Source: Macrostomum hystrix (Eukaryota > Animalia > Platyhelminthes). Taken from it: 64,000 nt of DNA. The notes under the pieces were generated by a model. That model had not been told where the DNA came from. It saw only the letters and a program-made list of their open reading frames with translations, and made no database searches. Position numbers and translations under genes: made by a program. Numbering within the stretch: the first letter of the stretch is position 1; each line of letters starts with the position of its first letter. This document shows positions 25,253 through 37,139 of this stretch, piece after piece. The stretch is from assembly GCA_950097015.1 (NCBI GenBank), contig CATNEN010000029.1, positions 1,364,001-1,428,000 on the forward strand, written 5' to 3'.

Positions 25253-26107
25253 ATGTAGTTTTTGAGCTACATCAAAGGTTTTGGAGTATATATTTTACGG
25301 TACACGTCAAACAAGCCCTGTCAAACAGCCACTTATTATTCAGGCATTGTTGCTACAAAACTCGTGCAACGAATATTTTTAAGCGGCATGTGCCTAGCAT
25401 TATTGTTTACCAATAAAACAGCTCAGTTATCTAGACCAGTTGAGACATTAAGGGGTTTTCTGTACTACCTATAGACTTATTGCAGACTATCATTTCAATG
25501 GTTTTCACGTGTGCGCCCCGAAAGCCATAAAAAAGAATTGTCTTCATCTTGTCTAGCCGATAGTCTCTTCAATTTGCAGCATCGAAACTGTTGTTGTTTT
25601 GCATTTTCTTCAACGAAAACGTGCCCCAGCTACTCACGTGCACATTGTTGCTGCTGCTGCGTTAATGCTCGGTGCTATGCTCAAGTTTGCTCAAAAACAC
25701 TCTACTGTGGTTGAGCTTTAGTTAGATAAACTAGTCTTATGGCACAATAGGTGAAGGGCGTTGCTGCATGGAAGAGCCTGTCAGGTGTGCTGGGGAGTCG
25801 CTCGAGTGGCGAGATGCGCCTCCATTGTTGTGGCTCCCGTCGCACGTTTTCTGCTCTGACTCGTGTCGAAGCAGCATGGACACGAGGCCCCCCCCTGCTC
25901 GGCTCAGCTATTTGTGTCTCATACTCCTTCTGTTTTTGAGCCACCTATGGGTAAGGGCAGTTGTTGGTAGTGAAGCACACACACACGGTATATTCCACTA
26001 TATTTATTTGTTTTCCACGACCTTAAAAGCACAAAAGCGCGACGGCGCTGCAGTTTTGTCGATTAGAAAACGATTAAGAACTTCGATCTTCGACTTCGCC
26101 TTTCGAC

Positions 26108-29100
26108 ATGAGGCTCCCAGGCCTCAATTTGGTGAGTCCATGCCGTTTTGTTGGTAGGTTTTCTCATTTTCCTGACTTGTTAAGCTTCTTTTTGTGGCCA
26201 GTTTCCTTCATTTCCTTCCTCTGATTGAGGTTGGTATCAGAAAATCTTCCCTGATTAGGCGGTCCGAAACGATACATCAGATTTTCGTTTGCGCTCAAGA
26301 GAAAATCACTCCAGAGCTCTAAGCTGTGTTGATAATGTCATTTAGACTCATCAACTTCTTTTTGAGTCCATAGTAGCGAAACAGCTGCGTGAGAACGCAA
26401 CACTTGGGAGGGGAGGGAAATGAGCTGAGGTCACCTGGCCGGGTTGCTATGGTTTTAACTACGAGTGCATAACAGCGAAAATCTGTTTGTATGCATGTTA
26501 TTGGACGCACTGTAACGAGTGTATTGTCCTCGTCATTTTTTGACATTAGGACTCGAAGCAAGCGAGGAGGCAATTCTGCTCATTTCGCTGACTCCTGAGC
26601 ACACGCGAACAAAGATACTGTACGCAGTCACAAGCTCACATAGGTGTTGTACATGTTGCCCTGACTTTCTCGTCATCAATGAGAAAGGCGTTGGCCCTCA
26701 ATGGCGTAAATTGCATTGTAAATTGCAATGTATGAGTGTAAACGAGCGTTTACTAAATTATGCACTCTCCGATCTGCAGCAGCTTCCGGCCATCCTGGCG
26801 CTGATGTTATTCGCATTGGCATCCTACGCCGCTAGCACCGCGGATGAGCCGACCACGTACACTGAGACGGTAATTACTGAGGGAGCGCCTGAGGTGTCAA
26901 GCAGCCACATTGAAGTGGTGGAGCACAGCGGCTGGAGGTGAGAGAGCTGGTACTAAAGATGTCGGTTAGTCGGTTATTCGGTTTTGAGAGCTATCGAGAA
27001 GTAGGCGGTGGGTATTTGAAATACCCCCATGGTCTACTGTTAGCTAACTGCAAAGTGTCTTCGTTAAATCGCTTTCTGGTATGAGTTCTTTTAGTGATGC
27101 CGAAACACGCGAACCGTCTACTTGCAGCTCGAGCGTCAAGGATTTTCTAAAAGATTCCAAGATCAGCGACATGCCTATGAGCGATCTCGGTGGCAGCCTG
27201 GTACTGGCCGTGGACAAAACTGCCGTCTCCAAGACATTGAAGAAGTACATCATGGACGCCATGAAGAGGCTCCCAGTGAATTCTAAGGGCATCAAGATTG
27301 GCTTTGTGGAGTACACGGACCGGCCGTACACAGTTGTGTCTCTGAAGGAGGTAAGCCTGAAACTAAACGACTAGAGAGCAGTTTAAAATGGAGTGATTGT
27401 TCAATTTACAGTTCCGGCCAGTACATTGATATCTAATGTTGTATAAAAACATGCTCTGATCTGTAGGGCGCGTCACTGGAACAAGTCATGGCCAAGCTCG
27501 ACCAGGAGCTGCAGTCAAAGAGTTCCCACTCAAAGACAGACGTCAAGGTGTTTGACTACGTCGGACTACAGGCCGCCTATAACGAGCTGCAAAAGTTCAG
27601 CCCGTCCACCAAGCCGCGGATTGTGATGCTGATCAGCTCCGGGAAGGACGCTGACAAGAAGAAGTCTGACGAATTGCGCGAAAAGCTGGCGAAGGAGTTT
27701 ATCAGCCTCTCCGAGGTTGTTGTCGACTCCTCCAGGTGAGCTCTATTTAGTGGCGCAAACAGATCCTTCGAGCATGTTCAAACTCATTGCAATAAATTTT
27801 CCACTAAAATTCGAACCTTTCAGTGGCAGCTTCGGCGTCATTGAAAGCGGCAAAACGACGTCGACAGATGAGACAATCCACGAGAGCTCTTTCATAACCA
27901 GCCTTCTAAAGTCTTACAGTAAGTTTTGGCTTTGCTTCAGAGCGACTGATCTCTGATTTGGTCGTCATGAGACAAAATATTTTTTCACTGATGTTTCAAA
28001 AATGATTTCAGGCCACTCCACAATCCAGTACTACAAGAAGCTCTATGGCGAGGTGTGGGAGTTCTACATAATGCTGAAGCACTACAAAAAGATTTACCCC
28101 ACGGATTGGATTACGCACTTAAAGACATGGTTTAGCAACAAGTACGGCAGCTCCGCCAAGTTTGAAAGTTATTTGCATCGCGCAAAAGATGAGTCGGGCA
28201 CAATCTCTCCAGAGGAGCAGAAGAAAAAAGAATTCAAAGATAAGTACGGATCCGAGTGGGAAAATCACTTCCTGATTTGGAAGTACAAGAAGCAATTCGG
28301 CTCTAAGTGGGAAGAGCACTACGAGCAGCACACAATGAAGAAAAAGTATGGAAAAAACTGGTTCTCGGAGTGGGAGAAGCTGCGTTTCAAAAAGAAATAC
28401 GGAGGCAAATGGGAGCCACATTATGTTAAATGGTACTTTAAAAAGTACCGTGGAGCAACCTGGATTTACAGCTGGATGAAATGGCAGTTCAGGCAAAAGC
28501 ACAAAGAAGGCAGCAAAGCATATATCAATAATTTCATGCGATGGTACTACAAGTACACGAAAAAAGGCGACAAGGAGTTTAGCAAATGGAAATCAACAAT
28601 GAAAGCCCTATCGCCTAACGAAATAGAAAAGAGATTCAGATGGTTCTACTACAACCTTGTGTTCCAGAAAAAGCAAGCTTTAATAAAGTACAACAAATGG
28701 TTCTATCGAAAAACGCTCGGAAAAAAGTACATCGTAAAATACAACCAGTGGCTCAAACAAATAAACAAAAACACAAACTGGATCAAAGATTTCAAGAAGA
28801 TGCAGTCAAAACTGTCATTCAACTTAAAATGGAACACGAAAAAAAGCAAGACAGAGAAGAAGTCAGTAATCTGGTTTATTAAGCACTACGGACGCAACTG
28901 GCGCTGGTACTACCAGAGAGTGATCTACCGTCGTCGCTTCGGAGCCAAGTGGCGTGTGCACTTCAACAAGTGGCAGAAGACCGTGTGGAAGAAGCCCGCT
29001 CCGAAACGCCGTCGCATTGTCGTGCACAAGGTCACATGGTACAGGAAGCGCTACGGACGCAACTGGCGCTGGTACTACCAGAGAGTGATCTACCGTCGTC

Positions 29101-32100
29101 GCTTCGGAGCCAAGTGGCGTGTGCACTTCAACAAGTGGCAGAAGACCGTGTGGAAGAAGCCTGCTCCGAAACGCCGTCGCATTGTCTTGCACAAGGTCAC
29201 ATGGTACAGGAAGCGCTACGGACGCAACTGGCGCTGGTACTACCAGAGAGTGATCTACCGTCGTCGCTTCGGAGCCAAGTGGCGTGTGCACTTCAACAAG
29301 TGGCAGAAGACCGTGTGGAAGAAGCCCGCTCCGAAACGCCGTCGCATTGTCGTGCACAAGGTCACATGGTACAGGAAGCGCTACGGACGCAACTGGCGCT
29401 GGTACTACCAGAGAGTGATCTACCGTCGTCGCTTCGGAGCCAAGTGGCGTGTGCACTTCAACAAGTGGCAGAAGACCGTGTGGAAGAAGCCCGCTCCGAA
29501 ACGCCGTCGCATTGTCGTGCACAAGGTCACATGGTACAGGAAGCGCTACGGACGCAACTGGCGCTGGTACTACCAGAGAGTGATCTACCGTCGTCGCTTC
29601 GGAGCCAAGTGGCGTGTGCACTTCAACAAGTGGCAGAAGACCGTGTGGAAGAAGCCCGCTCCGAAACGCCGTCGTATTGTCGTGCACAAGGTCACATGGT
29701 ACAGGAAGCGCTACGGACGCAACTGGCGCTGGTACTACCAGAGAGTGATCTACCGTCGTCGCTTCGGAGCCAAGTGGCGTGTGCACTTCAACAAGTGGCA
29801 GAAGACCGTGTGGAAGAAGCCCGCTCCGAAACGCCGTCGCATTGTCGTGCACAAGGTCACATGGTACAGGAAGCGCTACGGACGCAACTGGCGCTGGTAC
29901 TACCAGAGAGTGATCTACCGTCGTCGCTTCGGAGCCAAGTGGCGTGTGCACTTCAACAAGTGGCAGAAGACCGTGTGGAAGAAGCCCGCTCCGAAACGCC
30001 GTCGTATTGTCGTGCACAAGGTCACATGGTACAGGAAGCGCTACGGACGCAACTGGCGCTGGTACTACCAGAGAGTGATCTACCGTCGTCGCTTCGGAGC
30101 CAAGTGGCGTGTGCACTTCAACAAGTGGCAGAAGACCGTGTGGAAGAAGCCCGCTCCGAAACGCCGTCGCATTGTCGTGCACAAGGTCACATGGTACAGG
30201 AAGCACTACGGACGCAACTGGCGCTGGTACTACCAGAGAGTGATCTACCGTCGTCGCTTCGGAGCCAAGTGGCGTGTGCACTTCAACAAGTGGCAGAAGA
30301 CCGTGTGGAAGAAGCCCGCTCCGAAACGCCGTCGCATTGTCGTGCACAAGGTCACATGGTACAGGAAGCGCTACGGACGCAACTGGCGCTGGTACTACCA
30401 GAGAGTGATCTACCGTCGTCGCTTCGGAGCCAAGTGGCGTGTGCACTTCAACAAGTGGCAGAAGACCGTGTGGAAGAAGCCTGCTCCGAAACGCCGTCGC
30501 ATTGTCGTGCACAAGGTCACATGGTACAGGAAGCGCTACGGACGCAACTGGCGCTGGTACTACCAGAGAGTGATCTACCGTCGTCGCTTCGGAGCCAAGT
30601 GGCGTGTGCACTTCAACAAGTGGCAGAAGACCGTGTGGAAGAAGCCCGCTCCGAAACGCCGTCGCATTGTCGTGCACAAGGTCACATGGTACAGGAAGCG
30701 CTACGGACGCAACTGGCGCTGGTACTACCAGAGAGTGATCTACCGTCGTCGCTTCGGAGCCAAGTGGCGTGTGCACTTCAACAAGTGGCAGAAGACCGTG
30801 TGGAAGAAGCCCGCTCCGAAACGCCGTCGCATTGTCGTGCACAAGGTCACATGGTACAGGAAGCGCTACGGACGCAACTGGCGCTGGTACTACCAGAGAG
30901 TGATCTACCGTCGTCGCTTCGGAGCCAAGTGGCGTGTGCACTTCAACAAGTGGCAGAAGACCGTGTGGAAGAAGCCCGCTCCGAAACGCCGTCGCATTGT
31001 CGTGCACAAGGTCACATGGTACAGGAAGCGCTACGGACGCAACTGGCGCTGGTACTACCAGAGAGTGATCTACCGTCGTCGCTTCGGAGCCAAGTGGCGT
31101 GTGCACTTCAACAAGTGGCAGAAGACCGTGTGGAAGAAGCCCGCTCCGAAACGCCGTCGCATTGTCGTGCACAAGGTCACATGGTACAGGAAGCGCTACG
31201 GACGCAACTGGCGCTGGTACTACCAGAGAGTGATCTACCGTCGTCGCTTCGGAGCCAAGTGGCGTGTGCACTTCAACAAGTGGCAGAAGACCGTGTGGAA
31301 GAAGCCCGCTCCGAAACGCCGTCGCATTGTCGTGCACAAGGTCACATGGTACAGGAAGCGCTACGGACGCAACTGGCGCTGGTACTACCAGAGAGTGATC
31401 TACCGTCGTCGCTTCGGAGCCAAGTGGCGTGTGCACTTCAACAAGTGGCAGAAGACCGTGTGGAAGAAGCCTGCTCCGAAACGCCGTCGCATTGTCGTGC
31501 ACAAGGTCACATGGTACAGGAAGCGCTACGGACGCAACTGGCGCTGGTACTACCAGAGAGTGATCTACCGTCGTCGCTTCGGAGCCAAGTGGCGTGTGCA
31601 CTTCAACAAGTGGCAGAAGACCGTGTGGAAGAAGCCCGCTCCGAAACGCCGTCGCATTGTCGTGCACAAGGTCACATGGTACAGGAAGCGCTACGGACGC
31701 AACTGGCGCTGGTACTACCAGAGAGTGATCTACCGTCGTCGCTTCGGAGCCAAGTGGCGTGTGCACTTCAACAAGTGGCAGAAGACCGTGTGGAAGAAGC
31801 CCGCTCCGAAACGCCGTCGCATTGTCGTGCACAAGGTCACATGGTACAGGAAGCGCTACGGACGCAACTGGCGCTGGTACTACCAGAGAGTGATCTACCG
31901 TCGTCGCTTCGGAGCCAAGTGGCGTGTGCACTTCAACAAGTGGCAGAAGACCGTGTGGAAGAAGCCCGCTCCGAAACGCCGTCGCATTGTCGTGCACAAG
32001 GTCACATGGTACAGGAAGCGCTACGGACGCAACTGGCGCTGGTACTACCAGAGAGTGATCTACCGTCGTCGCTTCGGAGCCAAGTGGCGTGTGCACTTCA

Positions 32101-35100
32101 ACAAGTGGCAGAAGACCGTGTGGAAGAAGCCCGCTCCGAAACGCCGTCGCATTGTCGTGCACAAGGTCACATGGTACAGGAAGCGCTACGGACGCAACTG
32201 GCGCTGGTACTACCAGAGAGTGATCTACCGTCGTCGCTTCGGAGCCAAGTGGCGTGTGCACTTCAACAAGTGGCAGAAGACCGTGTGGAAGAAGCCCGCT
32301 CCGAAACGCCGTCGCATTGTCGTGCACAAGGTCACATGGTACAGGAAGCGCTACGGACGCAACTGGCGCTGGTACTACCAGAGAGTGATCTACCGTCGTC
32401 GCTTCGGAGCCAAGTGGCGTGTGCACTTCAACAAGTGGCAGAAGACCGTGTGGAAGAAGCCCGCTCCGAAACGCCGTCGCATTGTCGTGCACAAGGTCAC
32501 ATGGTACAGGAAGCGCTACGGACGCAACTGGCGCTGGTACTACCAGAGAGTGATCTACCGTCGTCGCTTCGGAGCCAAGTGGCGTGTGCACTTCAACAAG
32601 TGGCAGAAGACCGTGTGGAAGAAGCCCGCTCCGAAACGCCGTCGCATTGTCGTGCACAAGGTCACATGGTACAGGAAGCGCTACGGACGCAACTGGCGCT
32701 GGTACTACCAGAGAGTGATCTACCGTCGTCGCTTCGGAGCCAAGTGGCGTGTGCACTTCAACAAGTGGCAGAAGACCGTGTGGAAGAAGCCCGCTCCGAA
32801 ACGCCGTCGCATTGTCGTGCACAAGGTCACATGGTACAGGAAGCGCTACGGACGCAACTGGCGCTGGTACTACCAGAGAGTGATCTACCGTCGTCGCTTC
32901 GGAGCCAAGTGGCGTGTGCACTTCAACAAGTGGCAGAAGACCGTGTGGAAGAAGCCCGCTCCGAAACGCCGTCGCATTGTCGTGCACAAGGTCACATGGT
33001 ACAGGAAGCGCTACGGACGCAACTGGCGCTGGTACTACCAGAGAGTGATCTACCGTCGTCGCTTCGGAGCCAAGTGGCGTGTGCACTTCAACAAGTGGCA
33101 GAAGACCGTGTGGAAGAAGCCCGCTCCGAAACGCCGTCGCATTGTCGTGCACAAGGTCACATGGTACAGGAAGCGCTACGGACGCAACTGGCGCTGGTAC
33201 TACCAGAGAGTGATCTACCGTCGTCGCTTCGGAGCCAAGTGGCGTGTGCACTTCAACAAGTGGCAGAAGACCGTGTGGAAGAAGCCCGCTCCGAAACGCC
33301 GTCGCATTGTCGTGCACAAGGTCACATGGTACAGGAAGCGCTACGGACGCAACTGGCGCTGGTACTACCAGAGAGTGATCTACCGTCGTCGCTTCGGAGC
33401 CAAGTGGCGTGTGCACTTCAACAAGTGGCAGAAGACCGTGTGGAAGAAGCCCGCTCCGAAACGCCGTCGCATTGTCGTGCACAAGGTCACATGGTACAGG
33501 AAGCGCTACGGACGCAACTGGCGCTGGTACTACCAGAGAGTGATCTACCGTCGTCGCTTCGGAGCCAAGTGGCGTGTGCACTTCAACAAGTGGCAGAAGA
33601 CCGTGTGGAAGAAGCCCGCTCCGAAACGCCGTCGCATTGTCGTGCACAAGGTCACATGGTACAGGAAGCGCTACGGACGCAACTGGCGCTGGTACTACCA
33701 GAGAGTGATCTACCGTCGTCGCTTCGGAGCCAAGTGGCGTGTGCACTTCAACAAGTGGCAGAAGACCGTGTGGAAGAAGCCCGCTCCGAAACGCCGTCGC
33801 ATTGTCGTGCACAAGGTCACATGGTACAGGAAGCGCTACGGACGCAACTGGCGCTGGTACTACCAGAGAGTGATCTACCGTCGTCGCTACGGAGCCAAGT
33901 GGCGTGTGCACTTCAACAAGTGGCAGAAGACCGTGTGGAAGAAGCCCGCTCCGAAACGCCGTCGCATTGTCGTGCACAAGGTCACATGGTACAGGAAGCG
34001 CTACGGACGCAACTGGCGCTGGTACTACCAGAGAGTGATCTACCGTCGTCGCTTCGGAGCCAAGTGGCGTGTGCACTTCAACAAGTGGCAGAAGACCGTG
34101 TGGAAGAAGCCCGCTCCGAAACGCCGTCGCATTGTCGTGCACAAGGTCACATGGTACAGGAAGCGCTACGGACGCAACTGGCGCTGGTACTACCAGAGAG
34201 TGATCTACCGTCGTCGCTTCGGAGCCAAGTGGCGTGTGCACTTCAACAAGTGGCAGAAGACCGTGTGGAAGAAGCCCGCTCCGAAACGCCGTCGCATTGT
34301 CGTGCACAAGGTCACATGGTACAGGAAGCGCTACGGACGCAACTGGCGCTGGTACTACCAGAGAGTGATCTACCGTCGTCGCTTACGGAGCCAAGTGGCG
34401 TGTGCACTTCAACAAGTGGCAGAAGACCGTGTGGAAGAAGCCCGCTCCGAAACGCCGTCGCATTGTCGTGCACAAGGTCACATGGTACAGGAAGCGCTAC
34501 GGACGCAACTGGCGCTGGTACTACCAGAGAGTGATCTACCGTCGTCGCTTCGGAGCCAAGTGGCGTGTGCACTTCAACAAGTGGCAGAAGACCGTGTGGA
34601 AGAAGCCCGCTCCGAAACGCCGTCGCATTGTCGTGCACAAGGTCACATGGTACAGGAAGCGCTACGGACGCAACTGGCGCTGGTACTACCAGAGAGTGAT
34701 CTACCGTCGTCGCTTCGGAGCCAAGTGGCGTGTGCACTTCAACAAGTGGCAGAAGACCGTGTGGAAGAAGCCCGCTCCGAAACGCCGTCGCATTGTCGTG
34801 CACAAGGTCACATGGTACAGGAAGCGCTACGGACGCAACTGGCGCTGGTACTACCAGAGAGTGATCTACCGTCGTCGCTTCGGAGCCAAGTGGCGTGTGC
34901 ACTTCAACAAGTGGCAGAAGACCGTGTGGAAGAAGCCCGCTCCGAAACGCCGTCGCATTGTCGTGCACAAGGTCACATGGTACAGGAAGCGCTACGGACG
35001 CAACTGGCGCTGGTACTACCAGAGAGTGATCTACCGTCGTCGCTTCGGAGCCAAGTGGCGTGTGCACTTCAACAAGTGGCAGAAGACCGTGTGGAAGAAG

Positions 35101-35697
35101 CCCGCTCCGAAACGCCGTCGCATTGTCGTGCACAAGGTCACATGGTACAGGAAGCGCTACGGACGCAACTGGCGCTGGTACTACCAGAGAGTGATCTACC
35201 GTCGTCGCTTCGGAGCCAAGTGGCGTGTGCACTTCAACAAGTGGCAGAAGACCGTGTGGAAGAAGCCCGCTCCGAAACGCCGTCGTATTGTCGTGCACAA
35301 GGTCACATGGTACAGGAAGCGCTACGGACGCAACTGGCGCTGGTACTACCAGAGAGTGATCTACCGTCGTCGCTTCGGAGCCAAGTGGCGTGTGCACTTC
35401 AACAAGTGGCAGAAGACCGTGTGGAAGAAGCCCGTTCCGAAACGCCGTCGTCGAATTGTTTGGTTGCATCGTGCTTCTCCGCGCCGGTGGCACTATTACG
35501 TCAAGCGCACTGCCTTTAGGAGGCGTCGAGTGATTTCGCCGCAAGCTAATTTTTACAAGAAGCGCTACGGCTCAAACTGGCTATGGTTTTTCACTCGTGC
35601 CCTTTACCATCGTCGCTACGGCTCTGCGTGGGAGAGTCACTTTAATCGGTGGGCGGCGAGGGTTTGGCGTCGGCCGGCGCCCACCGCCGGTCGTTGA
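26108..35697 (+). CDS. Secreted VWA-like-domain protein with giant Arg/Lys/Trp/Tyr-rich tandem-repeat tail (~2817 aa if the 1-bp insertion near 34385 is removed)
   Basis: Phase-compatible GT-AG exons: 26108-26131, 26780-26937, 27128-27350, 27467-27735, 27824-27918, 28012-35697. The N-terminus MRLPGLNLQLPAILALMLFALASYAASTA-DE is signal-peptide-like. VWA-like strands: LVLAVDKT, IKIGFVEYTD, RIVMLISSG. These are followed by 17-aa aromatic repeats and 40 x 55-aa units, with TGA at 35695-35697. Exon 1 is the least certain. Confidence 0.8.
26542..26715 (-). mobile_element. Partial diverged copy of the tRNA-derived SINE body, in intron 1 of the VWA-repeat gene
   Basis: agcgaggaggcaattctgctcatttcgctgactcctgagcacac...gccctgactttctc...ggcgtaaattgca aligns with about 56860-57050. 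Confidence 0.8.
28887..35455 (+). repeat. Coding tandem array: 40 copies of a 165-bp unit (55 aa: YGRNWRWYYQRVIYRRRFGAKWRVHFNKWQKTVWKKPAPKRRRIVVHKVTWYRKR)
   Basis: tacggacgc starts at 28887, 29052, ... 35323, which is 39 periods of 165 plus one inserted base. Only scattered single-base variants occur. Confidence 0.97.
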
Positions 35698-36144
35698 GTC
35701 CAGATCTTCTGTGGCGTAACATGTTTGGGTCTTCGCATCCGTCGTGGCGGTAGAGCCGTCAGTATGTTCGAAAATGGCGTTGAATTTTTTTAGTAAACAA
35801 CAATTTACAAGTAGTATTTTTTCTTCTTCTAATTAAAAAAAATGCATATTACGAGTATAACCATACTTGTGAAAGTTTAAAGTTTTTTTTACGAACCTGC
35901 TGTAGTCATCAATCGACCATGCTTCAAGTGCTTCTTGATTGACTTATCGTTAGTACAGTTAGTACAAGCAGCTGAAAATGTGTCAAGTAAGGGTAGGCCT
36001 GTTGCACAATTTTTTTTGTTTAAATGTTACCGAAAAAATAAAATAACACGTTTTTTTGCGGTTTTAGGCTTTATTCACTAAAAAAATTCTCTCTGCTGTT
36101 TGCACGTGACTTTTAGTTGTCACACATTTTAGGATTGACTGAGG

Positions 36145-36570
36145 AATCGTAACTAGAATCGAATGAACAATCCAAGCTAGAATCGAATGAAGATTCGAAG
36201 CTGGAATCGAATGAAGAATCGAAACTAGAATCGAATTAAGAATCGAAGCTAGAATCTAATGAAGAATCGAAGCTAGAATCGAATGAAGAATCCAAGCTAG
36301 AATCTAATGAAGAATCGAAGCTAGAATCGAATGAAGAATCCAAGCTAGAATCGAATGAAGAATCCAAGCTAGAATCGAAAAAATAATCGCAGCTAGAATC
36401 GAATGAAGAATCGAAGCTAAAATCGAATGAAGAATCCAAGCTAGAATCGAATGAAGAATCGAAGCTAGAATCGAATGAAGAATCCAAGCTAGAATCGAAT
36501 GAAGAATCGAAGCTAGAACCGAATGAAGAATCGCAGCTAGAATCGAATGAAGAATCGAAGCTAGAATCAG
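36145..36570. repeat. 24-bp minisatellite (aagaatcgaagctagaatcgaatg)n, ~17 copies
   Basis: Period read directly; the minus-strand DSSFDSSL ORF is a by-product. Confidence 0.93.
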
Positions 36571-37139
36571 AACAGATTAGGTGTTTTGATAAAAGTTAAT
36601 GGTCCTAGCGAGAATCGAAGTAGGAATCGTAACTACACTTGTAGAATCGCTTTACCTCTATCGTATCGCTTCTCTCATTTGTTTAGTGATTACAAAAATA
36701 GCTTAGCACTATATAAAAGGCCTGTAAAAATCTTGAGCTAACAGAAAATGGTGTGTAAAAGCCGCAGATGGTTATAAAAAGTGTTCCAACTGCTGTTTGC
36801 ATTGTGACGCGACTCGAGGAGGGCGAGGAAAATGGTAAAGCAAATTGGCAGAGCGATTCGCGACCTGGGCACCTGAGCACACTGCAGTACTCGGCCGCAT
36901 CCTGCTGAAACTGGAGCGAATTAGTTTGCCAGCTTGTCTCACTTGCTTTACTCTTAATCTATCTTGGGGTGGTGAACAAATATGAGCTAGAAAGTAGATG
37001 TAAAGGGAGAGTGGGAAGAGGAGACAAATACAAAATGGTGGCTGGTGGAGATAATAGTGAGAGACTGGATGGGAGAGAGAAAAATAGGGGAAGACTAGCC
37101 TGAGAGAGACTGGTGAGAGATTGGAAAACAGAGAGAGGG

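Noticed and set aside
28863-35544. Very long overlapping ORFs in a second + frame (28949-34534) and a minus frame (28863-34307, 34312-35544)
   Set aside because: They are by-products of a 165-bp unit lacking stops in those frames. Only the W/R/Y/K frame is continuous with spliced upstream exons and with the diverged flanking units.
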